Position numbers and translations under genes: made by a program. The notes below the pieces were generated by a model. The model had not been told where the DNA came from and did no database searches. It saw only the letters and a list, made by a program, of their open reading frames with translations. A stretch of DNA of 31,496 nt from Macrostomum lignano (taxonomy: Eukaryota). Positions 1 through 13,500 of the stretch are shown here, piece after piece. Location of the stretch: positions 1 through 31,496 of the forward strand of contig NIVC01004917.1 in assembly GCA_002269645.1 (NCBI GenBank). Direction: 5' to 3'. The first letter of the stretch is position 1. Each line of letters begins with the position of its first letter.

Positions 1-352
1 CTGGAGCCATCAGTTCATTCCGGTGATCATTCAGAACCATCAGTTCATTTCGGTGATCATTCAGAACCATCAGTTCATTCCGGTGATCATTCAGAACCAT
101 CAGTTCATTCCGGTGATAATCTCTGGAGCCATCAGTTCATTCCGGTGATCATTCAGAACCATCAGTTCATTCCGGTGATCACCCGGAGCCATCAGTTCAT
201 TTCGGTGATCACCGGAGCCATCAGTTCATTCCGGTGATCATTCGGAGCCATCAGTTCATTCCGGTGATCATTCGAAGCCATCAGTTCATTCCGGTGATCA
301 TTCGGAGCCATCAGTTTATTGCGGTGATCATTCGGGGCCATCAGTTCATTCC
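1..352. repeat. Minisatellite, 30-bp unit (ggagccatcagttcattccggtgatcattc), ~12 copies, runs off the window start
   Basis: Period-30 repeat read directly from the sequence; ORF 192..374 is its translation. Confidence 0.95.
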
Positions 353-837
353 GTGTGGTTAAGTGTGAATGCACTTATAGCTCGCAGAATATCGATAAAA
401 ACAGATGAGAAACAGGTCATAAAAACGAGGGCCACCATTCGGCAGACTGTCTTTGCAACACCTGGATGGCCTCGAGTTTACCTTGGGGGAGAATTTTGTC
501 TGAATGAAATATTGCCCAGCAGTACCTGATGATGATATAGGATGAGTCACACTCTACCACCGGCCCCTGGGCCCAATTTAACCTAAGATCCCAGACTGCC
601 TCTCACCTAGCAACCTCTCTCGGGTTCTTTCTTACTTTTTTTGCTCCTTTCAGCTGTCCGCCGCAGCTGGGCCAAAGCATTAATTTGAATATTAGAAGGG
701 GAAAGATTTCTTCAGGTGCAAATCCGCCACACACCGCCCTACTGCAGAGAGAACCGAGCAGCTTTGGAGGTCCCCAGCGGCTGCAGCACTTCTTTTTGGT
801 CTGGCTGGCGCTGTTAAATGCAATGCGCAAAATATCA

Positions 838-1495
<658 letters not shown>

Positions 1496-2296
1496 TAGCA
1501 CTGTTTCATGTTCATTACCATTATCATTAACATAAGAGAATTCAGCTTTGCATGATGGAGCTGCGCACTTGCTCTCAGAGTATTCTAGCGCCAGCTTCCT
1601 GTGCAGCTATTGTCAAATCCTAATTCAAAGCTTTGGTCCCAGAATGTTCCACTTTAGGGTGGGGGGTCCTTGTTAGGGATTTTGTCCCCTATTTTTGTCT
1701 CCCCTATCTCCCAGCCCTTGTAGACTCGCATGCGCGGTGCTCCCATTCTTGGCCAGAATCGTTCCCCCAATCACCTTGGAAGGACATTAATCCCATTATT
1801 GGACCCATCCCAGTTCTCCCCAGCCTCCCTAGGGACTAAGGAAATACAGGGCCCTTGTTGTTACTCGTATCAGTTCATTTGGTAACAGAAGGAACTTTTT
1901 AGTTTCAAGCCACCTCGCATTTCTCCCTCTCTGTGCCTCTCCCTGTGTCTCTAGTCATCTATTATCCGTCCCACCCTTCCTTTACTTTTCTTACGTCTCC
2001 TTCCACCGATCTACCTCTCCTTCCAAATCTCCCCCCCCCCCTCTGCCTCCACCTCTCCCCTCTGCCTCCACATCTCCCATCTGCCTCAACATCTCCCCCT
2101 CCGGCTCCATTTCTCTCCCTCCCCCTTTACCTCAACATCTCCCCCTCCGGCTCCACCTCTTTCCCTCCCCGTCTCTTTCCACCTCTCTCCCCCTCTCTCC
2201 ACCTCTCTCTCTCCCCTCTCCTTCGTGCTCTGTCCCTCTCACCATCTCACCATTCTTCTCACCTCCACTTCATTTAACCCTCCACCCTCCTTTCTT

Positions 2297-2718
2297 CCAT
2301 CTCCATCCATATCCATGTTCCCATCTCCATATCTATCCATGTTCCCATCTCCATATCTATCCATGTTCCCATCTCCATATCTATCCATGTTCCCATCTCC
2401 ATATCTATCCATGTTCCTATCTCCATATCTATCCATGTTCCCATCTCCATATCTATCCATGTTCCCATCTCCATATCTATCCATGTTCCCATCTCCATAT
2501 CTATCCATGTTCCCATCTCCATATCTATCCATGTTCCCATCTCCATATCTATCCATGTTCCATCTCCATATCTATCCATGTTCCCATCTCCATATCTATC
2601 CATGTTCCCATCTCCATATCTATCCATGTTCCCATCTCCATATCTATCCATGTTCCCATCTCCATATCTATCCATGTTCCATCTCCATATCTATCCATGT
2701 TCCCATCTCCATATCTAT
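2297..2718. repeat. Minisatellite, 24-bp unit (ccatgttcccatctccatatctat), ~17 copies
   Basis: Direct inspection; preceded by a CT-rich low-complexity tract at ~1960-2290. Confidence 0.95.
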
Positions 2719-3339
2719 CACTGTCCCGCATTTCGCTCCTCAATCTCTACTTCTTCAAACGCCAACTCTACCCATCTCTAATCAGTTTCCCTACCTCTCA
2801 TCTAACCTACTATCCCCGTTCTCTTCATAATTTCTCTTTCACTCTGTCTCCTCATTTTCCCTATCCCTACTTCCCTCAATTTCCCAAAATCGGCCCTTTC
2901 ACAACCCAAAGCTTTATCCCATACCGTGCCACGCAAATTCCCCATGGTGTCATACCGTTCCCATCCAGGCCCGATTTCGAACAAAAAGCTTGAATCCATA
3001 TTCGCCATATTGCATGGAGCGTTCGCTGCCTGGCAGCAAAAATTGAGATTTGTATCAATCAATACAAATCGGGTTTGAAGGCAGGGTCATGAGGTGGGCC
3101 TTGTTCAGTTTCTGTTGCTTGTATCAGTTTTTAATTCTCGCTTTGTAGCAAGTTGTGATTAAATAAAAATACACGTAGCGATGCATTATTAGGGAGGAAT
3201 AACTACAATAAGTGTCACATCTTCGCGTGGCTCCCGGCTTGCTGAAATCCTGTCTCCTGCTTCCAATGTCTCCCTTAACTACTTTTCTTCAGTTCTCTCT
3301 CTATCACTCTCCTTCTGTGACTCTGTCACTTCTCCCTCC

Positions 3340-5090
3340 ATCTGCCTACCTGTCTTCTATATCTACGAGTGCCTTTCTTTCCTCTATCTGCCTCTCTCCC
3401 CTCCATCTGCCTACCTGTCTTCTATATCTACGATTGCCTTTCTTTCCTCTATCTGCCTCTCTCCTCTATCTGTCTCTCTCCCCTCTATCTGCCTACCTGT
3501 CTTCTATATCTACGAGTGCCTTTCTCTCCTCTATCTGCTTCTCTCCTCTATCTGCCTCTCTCCTCTATCTGCCTCTCTCCTCTATCTGCTTCTCTCCTCT
3601 ATCTACCTCTCTCTCCTCTATCTGTCTCTCTCCCCTCTATCTGTCTCTCTCTTCTCTATCTGCCTCTCTCTCCTCTATCTACCTCTCTCTCCTCTATCTG
3701 TCTCTCTCCCCTCTATCTGTCTCTCTCTTCTCTATCTGCCTCTCTCTCCTCTATCTGTCTCTCTCTCCTCTATCTGTCTCTCTCCCCTCTATCTGTCTCT
3801 CTCTCTCCTCTATCTGCTTCTCTCCTCTATCTGCTTCTCTCCTCTATCTACCTCTCTCTCCTCTATCTGTCTCTCTCCCCTCTATCTGTCTCTCTCTCTC
3901 CTCTATCTGCCTCTCTCCTCTATCTGCCTCTCTCCCCTATTTGCCTCTCTCCCTCTATCTGTCTCTCTCTCTCCTCTATCTGCCTCTCTCCTCTATCTGC
4001 CTCTCTCCCTCTATCTGCCTACCTGTCTTCTATATCTACGAGTGCCTTTCTCTCCTCTATCTGCTTCTCTCCTCTATCTGCCTCTCTCCTCTATCTGCCT
4101 CTCTCCTCTATCTGCTTCTCTCCTCTATCTACCTCTCTCTCCTCTATCTGTCTCTCTCTCCTCTATCTACCTCTCTCTCCTCTATCTGTCTCTCTCTCCT
4201 CTATCTGTCTCTCTCTCTCTCCTCTATCTGCCTCTCTCCTCTATCTACCTCTCTCTCCTCTATCTGTCTCTCTCCCCTCTATCTGTCTCTCTCTCCTCTA
4301 TCTGCTTCTCTCCTCTCTATCTGCCTCTCTCTCCTCTATCTGTCTCTCTCTCCTCTATCTGTCTCTCTCCTTTCTATCTGTCTCTTTCTCTCTCCTCTAT
4401 CTGCTTCTCTCCTCTATCTGCTTCTCTCCTCTATCTGTCTCTCTCTCCTCTATCTGTCTCTCTCCCCTCTATCTGTCTCTCTCTCTCCTCTATCTGCCTC
4501 TCTCCTCTATCTGCCTCTCTCCCCTATCTGCCTCTCTCCCCTCTATCTGTCTCTCTCTCCTCTATCTGCCTCTCTCCCCTATCTGCCTCTCTCCCTCTAT
4601 CTGTCTCTCTCTCTCCTCTATCTGCCTCTCTCCTCTATCTGCCTCTCTCCCCTCTATCTGTCTCTCTCCTCTATCTGCCTCTCTCCCCTCTATCTGTCTC
4701 TCTCCCCTCTATCTGTCTCTCTCTTCTCTATCTGTCTCTCTCCCCTCTATCTGTCTCTCTCCCCTCTATCTGTCTCTCTCCTCTATCTGTCTCTCTCCCC
4801 TCTATCTGTCTCTCTCTTCTCTATCTGTCTCTCTCCCCTCTATCTGTCTCTCTCCCCTCTATCTGTCTCTCTCTTCTCTATCTGTCTCTCTCCCCTCTAT
4901 CTGTCTCTCTCTCCTCTATCTGTCTCTCTCCCCTCTATCTGTCTCTCTCTCCTCTATCTGTCTCTCTCCCCTCTATCTGTCTCTCTCTCTCCTCTATCTG
5001 CCTCTCTCCTCTATCTGCCTCTCTCCCCTATCTGCCTCTCTCCCCTCTATCTGTCTCTCTCTCTCCTCTATCTACCTCTCTCTTCCTCTG
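3340..5090. repeat. Degenerate CT-rich minisatellite built on ctctctcctctatctg(t/c), ~1.75 kb
   Basis: Recurrent ctctatctg core every ~16-22 bp; source of the 450-630 aa S/L/P/Y ORFs. Confidence 0.93.
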
Positions 5091-5689
5091 TCTCACAGAC
5101 AAGACCCGACTAATATGCGTCCCTGGCTCTGATCAGCTCTTTCCTGCTATATCTCACTCATATTTTACAATCCTTCACTGCCCCCGACAGTCGCAATGCT
5201 TAATTAAACAGCTTCTTGACTGCTCAGCCAGTCGGCCAAGGCCGCAGCACAGCTGCTACCTGGTTATAGGTGAACGCGGCTTCGAGTCTTGCAGGGCAGC
5301 TTCCGGGGGGGAGGGAACGGCGGGGGGCCGGATGTGCGTGAGGGAACATTTTTGTCAAGCAAAATTAACTAGCAGGCCTCAGCGCTAAAGGCCGCACCGC
5401 TGACGGCGGCGAAAAGATGTAATATAGAAAGTTATTTATCGATACATATAGGGGATTTTTATGCCCAATACAAGTTGCACTAATAGCCGCTTATAATGCA
5501 GGGGCTTAAAAATTTTCATTTAAATAGTTTTGGTCAAAATGGCTTACTAGCTAGATCATTTGAAGTGTGTTGTTAAAAACTGTATTCGTTTGCCTTAAAA
5601 ACATGTATTAATGAGCTCTCGCCCTATATCCCTATCCTCCCTCTCTTCTCGACCTCCCACTCTCTCCCTATTCCATCCCTCTAATTTTC

Positions 5690-6080
5690 ACTCTCTCCCT
5701 CTCTACATCTCTCTCTCCCTCTCTTCCTCTCTCCCTGTCTCCCTGTCTCCCTCTCTCCCTCTCCCCTCTCTCCCTCTCTCCCTGTCTCCCTCCCTCCCTG
5801 TCCCCCTCCCTCTCTCTCTCCTCTCTCCCTCTCTCCCTCTCTCCCTGTCTCCCTCTCCCCCTCCCTCTCTACCTCTCTCCTTCTCTCCCTCTCTCCCTCT
5901 CTCCCTCTCTCCCTCCCTCCCTGTCTCCCTGTCTCCCTCTCTCCCTCTCCCTCTCTCCCTGTCTCCCTCTCTCCCTTCCTCCCTCTCTCCCTGTCTCCCT
6001 CTCCCCCTCCCTCTCTACCTCTCTCCTTCTCTCCCTCTCTCCCTCTCTCCCTCTCTCCCTCTCTCCCCCTCCGCCTCTCC
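5690..6080. repeat. Polypyrimidine low-complexity tract (ctctcc/ctgt)
   Basis: Almost purely C/T on the + strand. Confidence 0.9.
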
Positions 6081-6666
6081 CCACGCATTGTCCGGCATAT
6101 CAAGCTGTCTCGAGTCCCGTGCTTGAATTTTCAGCCAGTCTTTTTCTTTGTCAAATTTTCCTGATTCTTCGCTGTCAGCTTAAAATCCTCTTATTTAATC
6201 TCCTCCTCAAGTACTCTGGAAATCCGCTGGCATGTCGAAATCTTTTGTGCAGGCAGCAGCAGGTTTTGCTCTTCTCCGCCGACAGGGGGAGGGCTTTAGA
6301 GTCTCGAACGATAGAGAGAGTGAGTGGGAAAAGAAGGAATTAATTCGAATAGCTAGTTACCAAGCTGTCGCGAGGCCTGTCTGCGGTAATCTCTGGCAAC
6401 ATGCGCGATCTCCGCTGCGCCCCCCCCTACGGCCGACGGATTACGGAGGGTCACGACAGGTCCGCTCAAAAGTGGCCGCACACTTCCTTAACTCGCGTCA
6501 TTGCTCAAGGCTAATCCCCCCCCGCCCTCTTCCCCCCAAAGCGCCTGCCTCAAAAAAGCTGCTGAAAAATTGCACTCTAGTATTGCTAATCGAATGCAGA
6601 CCGACCAGACGACTGCTACAGTGTGTGCAGGAGCATACTTTTGTGCCGCTCAGTCACTATTGTGCT

Positions 6667-7200
6667 GTCCTGTCTCTCCTCTCTCATATCCTGTCTCTCA
6701 TCTCTCATATCCTGTCTCTCATCTCTCATATCCTATATCTCATCGTTTATATCCTGTCTCTCATCTCTCATATCCTGTCTCTCATCTCTCATATCCTGTC
6801 TCTCCTCTCTCATATCCTGTCTCTCCTCTCTCATATCCTGTCTCTCATCTCTCATATCATGTCTCTCCTCTCTCATATCCTGTCTCTCATCTCTCATATC
6901 CTGTCTCTCATCTCTCATATCCTGTCTCTCATCTCTCATATCCTGTCTCTCCTCTCTCATATCCTGTCTCTCATCTCTCATATCCTGTCTCTCATCTCTC
7001 ATATCCTGTCTCTCATCTCTCATATCCCGTCTCTCATCTCTCATATCCTGTCTCTCATCTCTCTATATCCTGTCTCTCATCGCTTATATCCTGTCTCTCA
7101 TCTCTCATATCCTGTCTCTCATCTCTCATATCCTGTCTCTCATCTCTCATATCCTGTCTCTCATCTCTCATATCCCGTCTCTCATCTCTCATATCCTATT
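6667..7200. repeat. Minisatellite, 21-bp unit (tcctgtctctcatctctcata), ~25 copies
   Basis: Period-21 array; ORFs in several frames show 7-aa repeats. Confidence 0.96.
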
Positions 7201-7514
7201 TCCCAGTTCCCGCCAGATTCATTAGACTGTGCAACCAGATGCAAAAGAACCTGAACATTATTTTAGCATCGGGGGGGAGCAACACTATCCAGTATAGAGA
7301 ATTCACGAGCTGACATTTGATTGGTCCAAAGCAGTGCCCACCAACTTGAAATTGCGCCTATCATTGGCGTCTGAATCCCTGGACTAGAAATTCCTGTCCG
7401 TGCACAATGTCTATATTATCGTATGTTGCAGATTTTCTGCATCTTCTTCACCAGCTGGCTTCTAGACAGCAATATACTGAATCATTTTACTAAATAATAG
7501 AAGCCAATCCTTTA

Positions 7515-10500
7515 ATGTGGTTGCCGCCTCTGCTTTTGCTGGCTCTGCTGCCGGCAGCGGCTGTTGCTTTGCAGAAAATCAATAATCCTCAACAAGAAAA
7601 TTTTGATGTTCATAACCGGAAATTCCATCCTGACAGGCGGCTATCATTTGTCACCAAGGAGACTGGCTACATCATCTCCGGTCTGCAGCCTGACACCGCC
7701 TACACCGTACAGGTGTCCGCTCAGGGCTCCAGTGATCAGCTGCGAAGCCGGCCTGCCGTGATGACCTTCCGTACTGAGAGGGCCGGTGAGTGTGGCTGAG
7801 TGACCCAATCAAGTGGCTGAGTGACCCTGCGGTGGTGGCTGAGTGACCCTGCGGTGGTGGCTGAGTGACCCTGCGGTGGTGGCTGAGTGACCCTGCGGTG
7901 GTGGCTGAGTGACCCTGCGGTGGTGGCTGAGTGACCCTGCGGTGGTGGCTGAGTCAAGTGGCTGAGTGACACGGCTCGCTGATTCAAGTGGCTGAGAGAC
8001 CCTTCGGTGATGGCTGAATGTCCCTGCGTAATGGCTTATTCAAGTGGCTGAGTGACTAAGTGGTTGAGTGGCTGAGACAGAAGTCCACAGACCACAGAAG
8101 ACCACAGACCACATCCACTACCACAGAAGTCCCTGTGGTAGTGGATGGGTGTTTCTGCGGTGTTGGCTGAGTCAAGTGGCTGTGTCCATAAGGGTTTGGT
8201 GAGGGTCAGTGAGGGTCAGTGAGGGTCAGTGAGGGTCAGTGAGGGTCAGTGAGGGTCAGTGAGGGTCAGTGAGGGTCAGTGAGGGTCAGTGAGGGTCAGT
8301 GAGGGTCAGTGAGGGTCAGTGAGGGTCAGTGAGGGTCAGTGAGGGTCAGTGAGGGTCAGTGAGGGTCAGTGAGGGTCAGTGAGGGTCAGTGAGGGTCAGT
8401 GAGGGTCAGTGAGGGTCAGTGAGGGTCAGTGAGGGTCAGTGAGGGTCAGTGAGGGTCAGTGAGGGTCAGTGAGGGTCAGTGAGGGTCAGTGAGGGTCAGT
8501 GAGGGTCAGTGAGGGTCAGTGAGGGTCAGTGAGGGTCAGTGAGGGTCACTGAGGGTCACTGAGGGTCACTGAGGGTCAGTGAGGGTCAGTGAGGGTCACT
8601 GAGGGTCACTGAGGGTCAGTGAGGGTCTGTGAGGGTCAGTGAGGGTCAGTGAGGGTCAGTGAGGGTCAGTGAGGGTCAGTGAGGGTCAGTGAGGGTCAGT
8701 GAGGGTCAGTGAGGGTCAGTGAGGGTCAGTGAGGGTCAGTGAGGGTCAGTGAGGGTCACTGAGGGTCACTGAGGGTCACTGAGGGTCAGTGAGGGTCAGT
8801 GAGGGTCACTGAGGGTCACTGAGGGTCAGTGAGGTCTTTTACATCGCAACCCGTTTCCAACCGCCCTCCTTCAACGCCAACCTGGCAGCTCCGTCACCGG
8901 ATCCGGTTCGAAGTTTTCGGGTCCTGGCTACGAATTCGACTGATCTCCAGATCTCCTGGGACCCGCCTGCGGCAGCGTCCGACTGCTTAGTGGTGCTGTG
9001 AGTTGCTAGACTTGGATTTATTATTGCTAATGTAGCTAATGGATTTTTAATGTAGCTCATGGACTGCTAATTCAGCTCATGGATTGCTAGTCTAGTTCAA
9101 GCACTAAGGCCGGGTTATAATAAACAGTTTGTTATTATCTAGATAGTTTATGAAGTGGATTGCTAGTCTATCCAATGAGCATATCTTTAAGTATCCGAAA
9201 TATTGGATTCTTCTAGCTGATTGCTAAATTCTCATTTGACCTCCAATAATCATGGATAATTAATTGCAAACACACACCATAATGCGAGGCAGCCTTGGCC
9301 GCAGCTCATGCCGAAGAGCTTATGGCATGAGTCGGCTCTGGTAGAGAGAAAGAGAGCTTTGCTTTTCATAACTGGGCAAGGCAGCTTCGGCTGCTTTTTC
9401 ATAGAGAAGAAAATTGTGCCGCATGACTGACTCATCCTGCGTTTGGGAGGGATTTTTTTGAGTGCTCCAGCTTCTCTGCCTCATCATCTCCCTTCCCCTC
9501 TCTCTTGGCATCAATGACTCGCTAGAATTTCTGTGGGACAGGACTCTGGGAACTCCCCCCCCTCGGCCCCTTCCTTCTCAGCTCACTCTCCACTGGACAC
9601 TCGAGTGGCCTTCGCTGTGGAGTGCGGACTCTGAAACTGTATGAGGCAGTAAGGAGCTTAAAAATGTGCAGCCTAGATTTTTTAAAAAAATTGACTGGCT
9701 AGGAATCAGCCTCTCGATCATTCACGCAGTTTTAGATTCGATTTTCCCAATACTGCCGTCATTTGGGATTGACATCGAGTGGAGCTCTGCATTGCTAGCA
9801 ATCTGTACTTTCAAATTAAGACTGATGGAGATTGGAAATTGTTGCTTTAAGTAGGAATATGCTGGGCCTTAGCACCGAAGGACCCTAGCACCGAAGGACC
9901 CTAGCAACAAAGGATCCTAGCAACGAAGGACCGTAGCAACAAAGGACCCTAGAAACAAAAGATCCTAGCAACAAAGGACCCTAGCAACAAAGGACCCTAG
10001 CAATAAAGGACCCTAGCAACAAAGGACCCTAGCAACAAGGGATCGTAGCAACAAGGGACACTAGCACCGAAATACCCTAGCAACAAAGGACCCAATCAAC
10101 AATGGACCCTAGCAACAAAGGACCCTAGCAACGAAAGACCCTAGCAACAAAGAACTTTAACACCGAAGGAACCTAGAACAAAGGACGCAGCACCAAGGAC
10201 CCATTCCGAACCTCCTCGCCCACCCGCGCAGTCTGCAGCTCCGCGACCTGACGCTGCAGTCGGACAGGCAGTTCAACGCCACCTGCTCGCCGCCAGCCGA
10301 GGGCCTTCGCCTGCGGGTCCACCCGCACCGACGCTACCGCCTGCTGGCCACTGTCCTGTCTGACTTCGGCCAGTCCCGTCCGGCCATGCTGAGCCTGCGG
10401 ACTCCCTCGGCCAGGCCGAACCGGAGCCCATCGAATTTCACCGCTGTGGGCGCGAGCTCCGGCGCCCAGCTCACCTGGCTGCCGCCGCCGCTGCCGGGTC

Positions 10501-13500
10501 GCAATGGACTCCTGGTTGGCTACCGGATCCGCTACCGGGAGCTGCCGGCCGAGTCCGACGTCTCGGCGACCGCGCTCGGTGACGATGCCGACATTGGCGA
10601 TGACGACGATGAAAGCATCACCGATGGCGCGGTGTACAAAGTGACCGTGCCTGGCGATCAGCTGACTCACCGGCTGGCCGGACTGAAGCCGTTGAGACGC
10701 TACGCTGCTCAAGTGGCCGCCAGGACTGTCAATGGAACCGGCAGGTTCACCCGCTGGCTGGTGTTCAGCACCCTGCCCGGTGCCTACGGATTACGGCCTG
10801 CTAGTGAGTGGGTGGGAGAGTCTGTGGGATGGGGAAGTTCGGGTATGGGATAGTTTTGGGATAGGGAAGTTTGAGTATGGGATAGTTTGGAATGGGGAAG
10901 TTTGAGTATGGGATAGTTTGGGATGGGGAAGTTTGAGTATGGGATAGTTTTGGGATAGGGAAGTTTGAGTATGGGATAGTTTTGGGATAGGGAAGTTTGA
11001 GTATGGGATAGTTTGGGATGGGGAAGTTTGAGTATGGGATAGTTTTGAGATGGGGAAGTTTGAGTATGGGATAGTTTTGGGATAGGGAAGTTTGAGTATG
11101 GGATAGTTTGGAATGGGGTTGTTTGAGTATGGGATAGTTTGGAATGGGGAAGTTTGAGTATGGGATAGTTTGGAATGGGGAAGTTTGAGTATGGGATAGT
11201 TTTGGGATAGGGAAGTTTGAGTATGGGATAGTTTTGGGATAGGGAAGTTTGAGTATGGGATAGTTTGGAATGGGGAAGTTTGAGTATGGGATAGTTTTGG
11301 GATAGGGAAGTTTGAGTATGGGATAGTTTTGGGATAGGGAAGTTTGAGTATGGGATAGTTTTGAATGGGGAAGTTTGAGTATGGGATAGTTTGGAAAGGG
11401 AAGTTTGAGTATGAGATAGTTTGAATGGGGAAGTTTGAGTATGGGATAGTTTTGAGATGGGGAAGTTCGGGTATGGGATAGTTTGGAATGGGGAAGTTTG
11501 AGTATGGGATAGTTTTGAGATGGGGAAGTTCGGGTATGGGATAGTTTTGGGATGGGGAAGTTTGAGTATGGGATAGTTTGGAAGGGGAAGTTTGAGTATG
11601 AGATAGTTTGAATGGGGAAGTTTGAGTATGGGATAGTTTGAATGGGGAAGTTTGAGTATGGGATAGTTTGGAATGGGGAAGTTTGAGTATGGGATAGTTT
11701 TGAGATGGGGAATTTCGGGTATGGGATGGGGTAGTTCGGGGATGGATAGGAAATACTAAAGATTGGGATGGAAATTTTGTGAACTGGAGAGTTTAGAGAT
11801 GAAGGAAGCTTGGGGATCAATGGGAGGAAGAAGAGGAAGACTGCCTTTGAAAAGTCCAAGCCGAGGCCTCCCGCCCGGACCGCTCAGGACTGCGCGACCA
11901 GAATACCGAGTCGCAGCTTCACGGAGACGTGCCGCTGCCGGAGAAGATCCGAATCCGGCCCAAGGATGTGACCGCCATCGGCAAGCGGGACTCCATCCTG
12001 CTGTCCTGGACGCGACCGTCTGCCCTGGTGATCCCCGACAAGTACGTCATCTACTATGGCAGCCAGCTGCCCAAGGAGAGGCTGGCTGGCGAAATCTCCG
12101 GCGACCAGGACGCCTATCAGATTCGGAATCTCGGTGAGAACTCGCAAATTTTAGAGTTTTTGGCTTCTCAAAGTAGATTTTGGAATCTAATAGTGAGATT
12201 TTGGAATCTAATAGTGAGATTTTGGAATCTAATAGTGAGATTTTGGAATATCATGGTGAGCTTTTGGAATCACAAGGTGAGATTTTGGAATCTCAAATGA
12301 GATTTTGGAATCTCATGGTCTCATGATTTTGGAATCTCATGGTCTCATGATTTTGGAATCTCATGGTCTCATGATTTTGGAATCTCATGGTGAGATTTTT
12401 TAATCTCATGTTGTGATTTTGGAATCTCATGTTGTGATTTTGGAATCTCATGGCGAGATTTTTTAATCTCATGTTGTGATTTTGGAATCTCATGTTGTGA
12501 TTTTGGAATCTCATGGTCTCATGATTTTGGAATCTCATGGTCTCATGATTTTGGAATCTCATGGTCTCATGATTTTGGAATCTCATGGTGAGATTTTTTA
12601 ATCTCATGTTGTGATTTTGGAATCTCATGTTGTGATTTTGGAATCTCATGGCGAGATTTTTTAATCTCATGTTGTGATTTTGGAATCTCATGTTGTGATT
12701 TTGGAATCTCATGTTGTAATTTTGAAATCTCATGTGAGATTTTGGAATCTCATGTGAGATAATGGAACCGCAAGATAAGATTTTGGAATTTTATGGTGAG
12801 AATTTGGAATCTCATGGTGAAATTTTGGAATCTCATGTTGTGATTTTGAAATTGCAAGGTGAGATTTCGGAATCTCATTGCGAGATTTTGGAACTTCATG
12901 GTGAGATTTTGGAATCTCATGTGAGATTTTGGAATCTTAAAGTGAGACTTTGTGATTTTAGAATCGCAAGGTAAGACTTAAAAATCTCATGTTATGATTT
13001 TGGAATCGCAAAGTGAGATTTTGTAATCTTATGGCAAGATTTTGGAATCTCATGTTGTGATTTTGAAATTGCAAGGTGAGGTTTTGGAGTCTCATTTCGA
13101 GATTTTAGAATTTCACGGTGAGATTTTGGAATCTCATGTGAGATTTTTAAAATGGCAAGGTGAGATTTCGGAATCTCATTTCGAGATTTTAGAATTTCAC
13201 GGTGAGATTTTGGAATCTCATGTGAGATTATGGAATCTTATAGTGAGACTTTGTGATTTTAGAATCGCAAGGTAAGACTTAAAAATCTCATGTTATGATT
13301 TTGGAATCGCAAAGTGAGATTTTGTAATCATATGGCAAGATTTTGGAATCTTATGTTGTGATTTTGGAATTGCAAGGTGAGGTTTTGGAATCTCATGGCA
13401 AGATTTTGGAATCTCATGGTGAGATTTAAGAATCTAAGAATAAGACTGAGAAATTCCAGGGTAAGATTTGAAAATCTACTGAAATAGCTAATACTCGTGC

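Noticed and set aside
2225-7313. Long repetitive ORFs (up to 633 aa) in CT-rich arrays, and similar ORFs at 10801, 12293, 15724, 16986, 19139, 20610, 28183
   Set aside because: Overlapping frames over tandem repeats lack stops only because of base composition.
7215-7313. FIRLCNQMQKNLNIILAS, faintly like dynein heavy chain AAA4
   Set aside because: A ~30-aa match followed by a stop, with no other dynein motifs nearby.
9240-9860. Unique-sequence island with several short open frames inside a neogenin intron
   Set aside because: No recognisable domain or consistent splice phases, and the neogenin model is complete without it.
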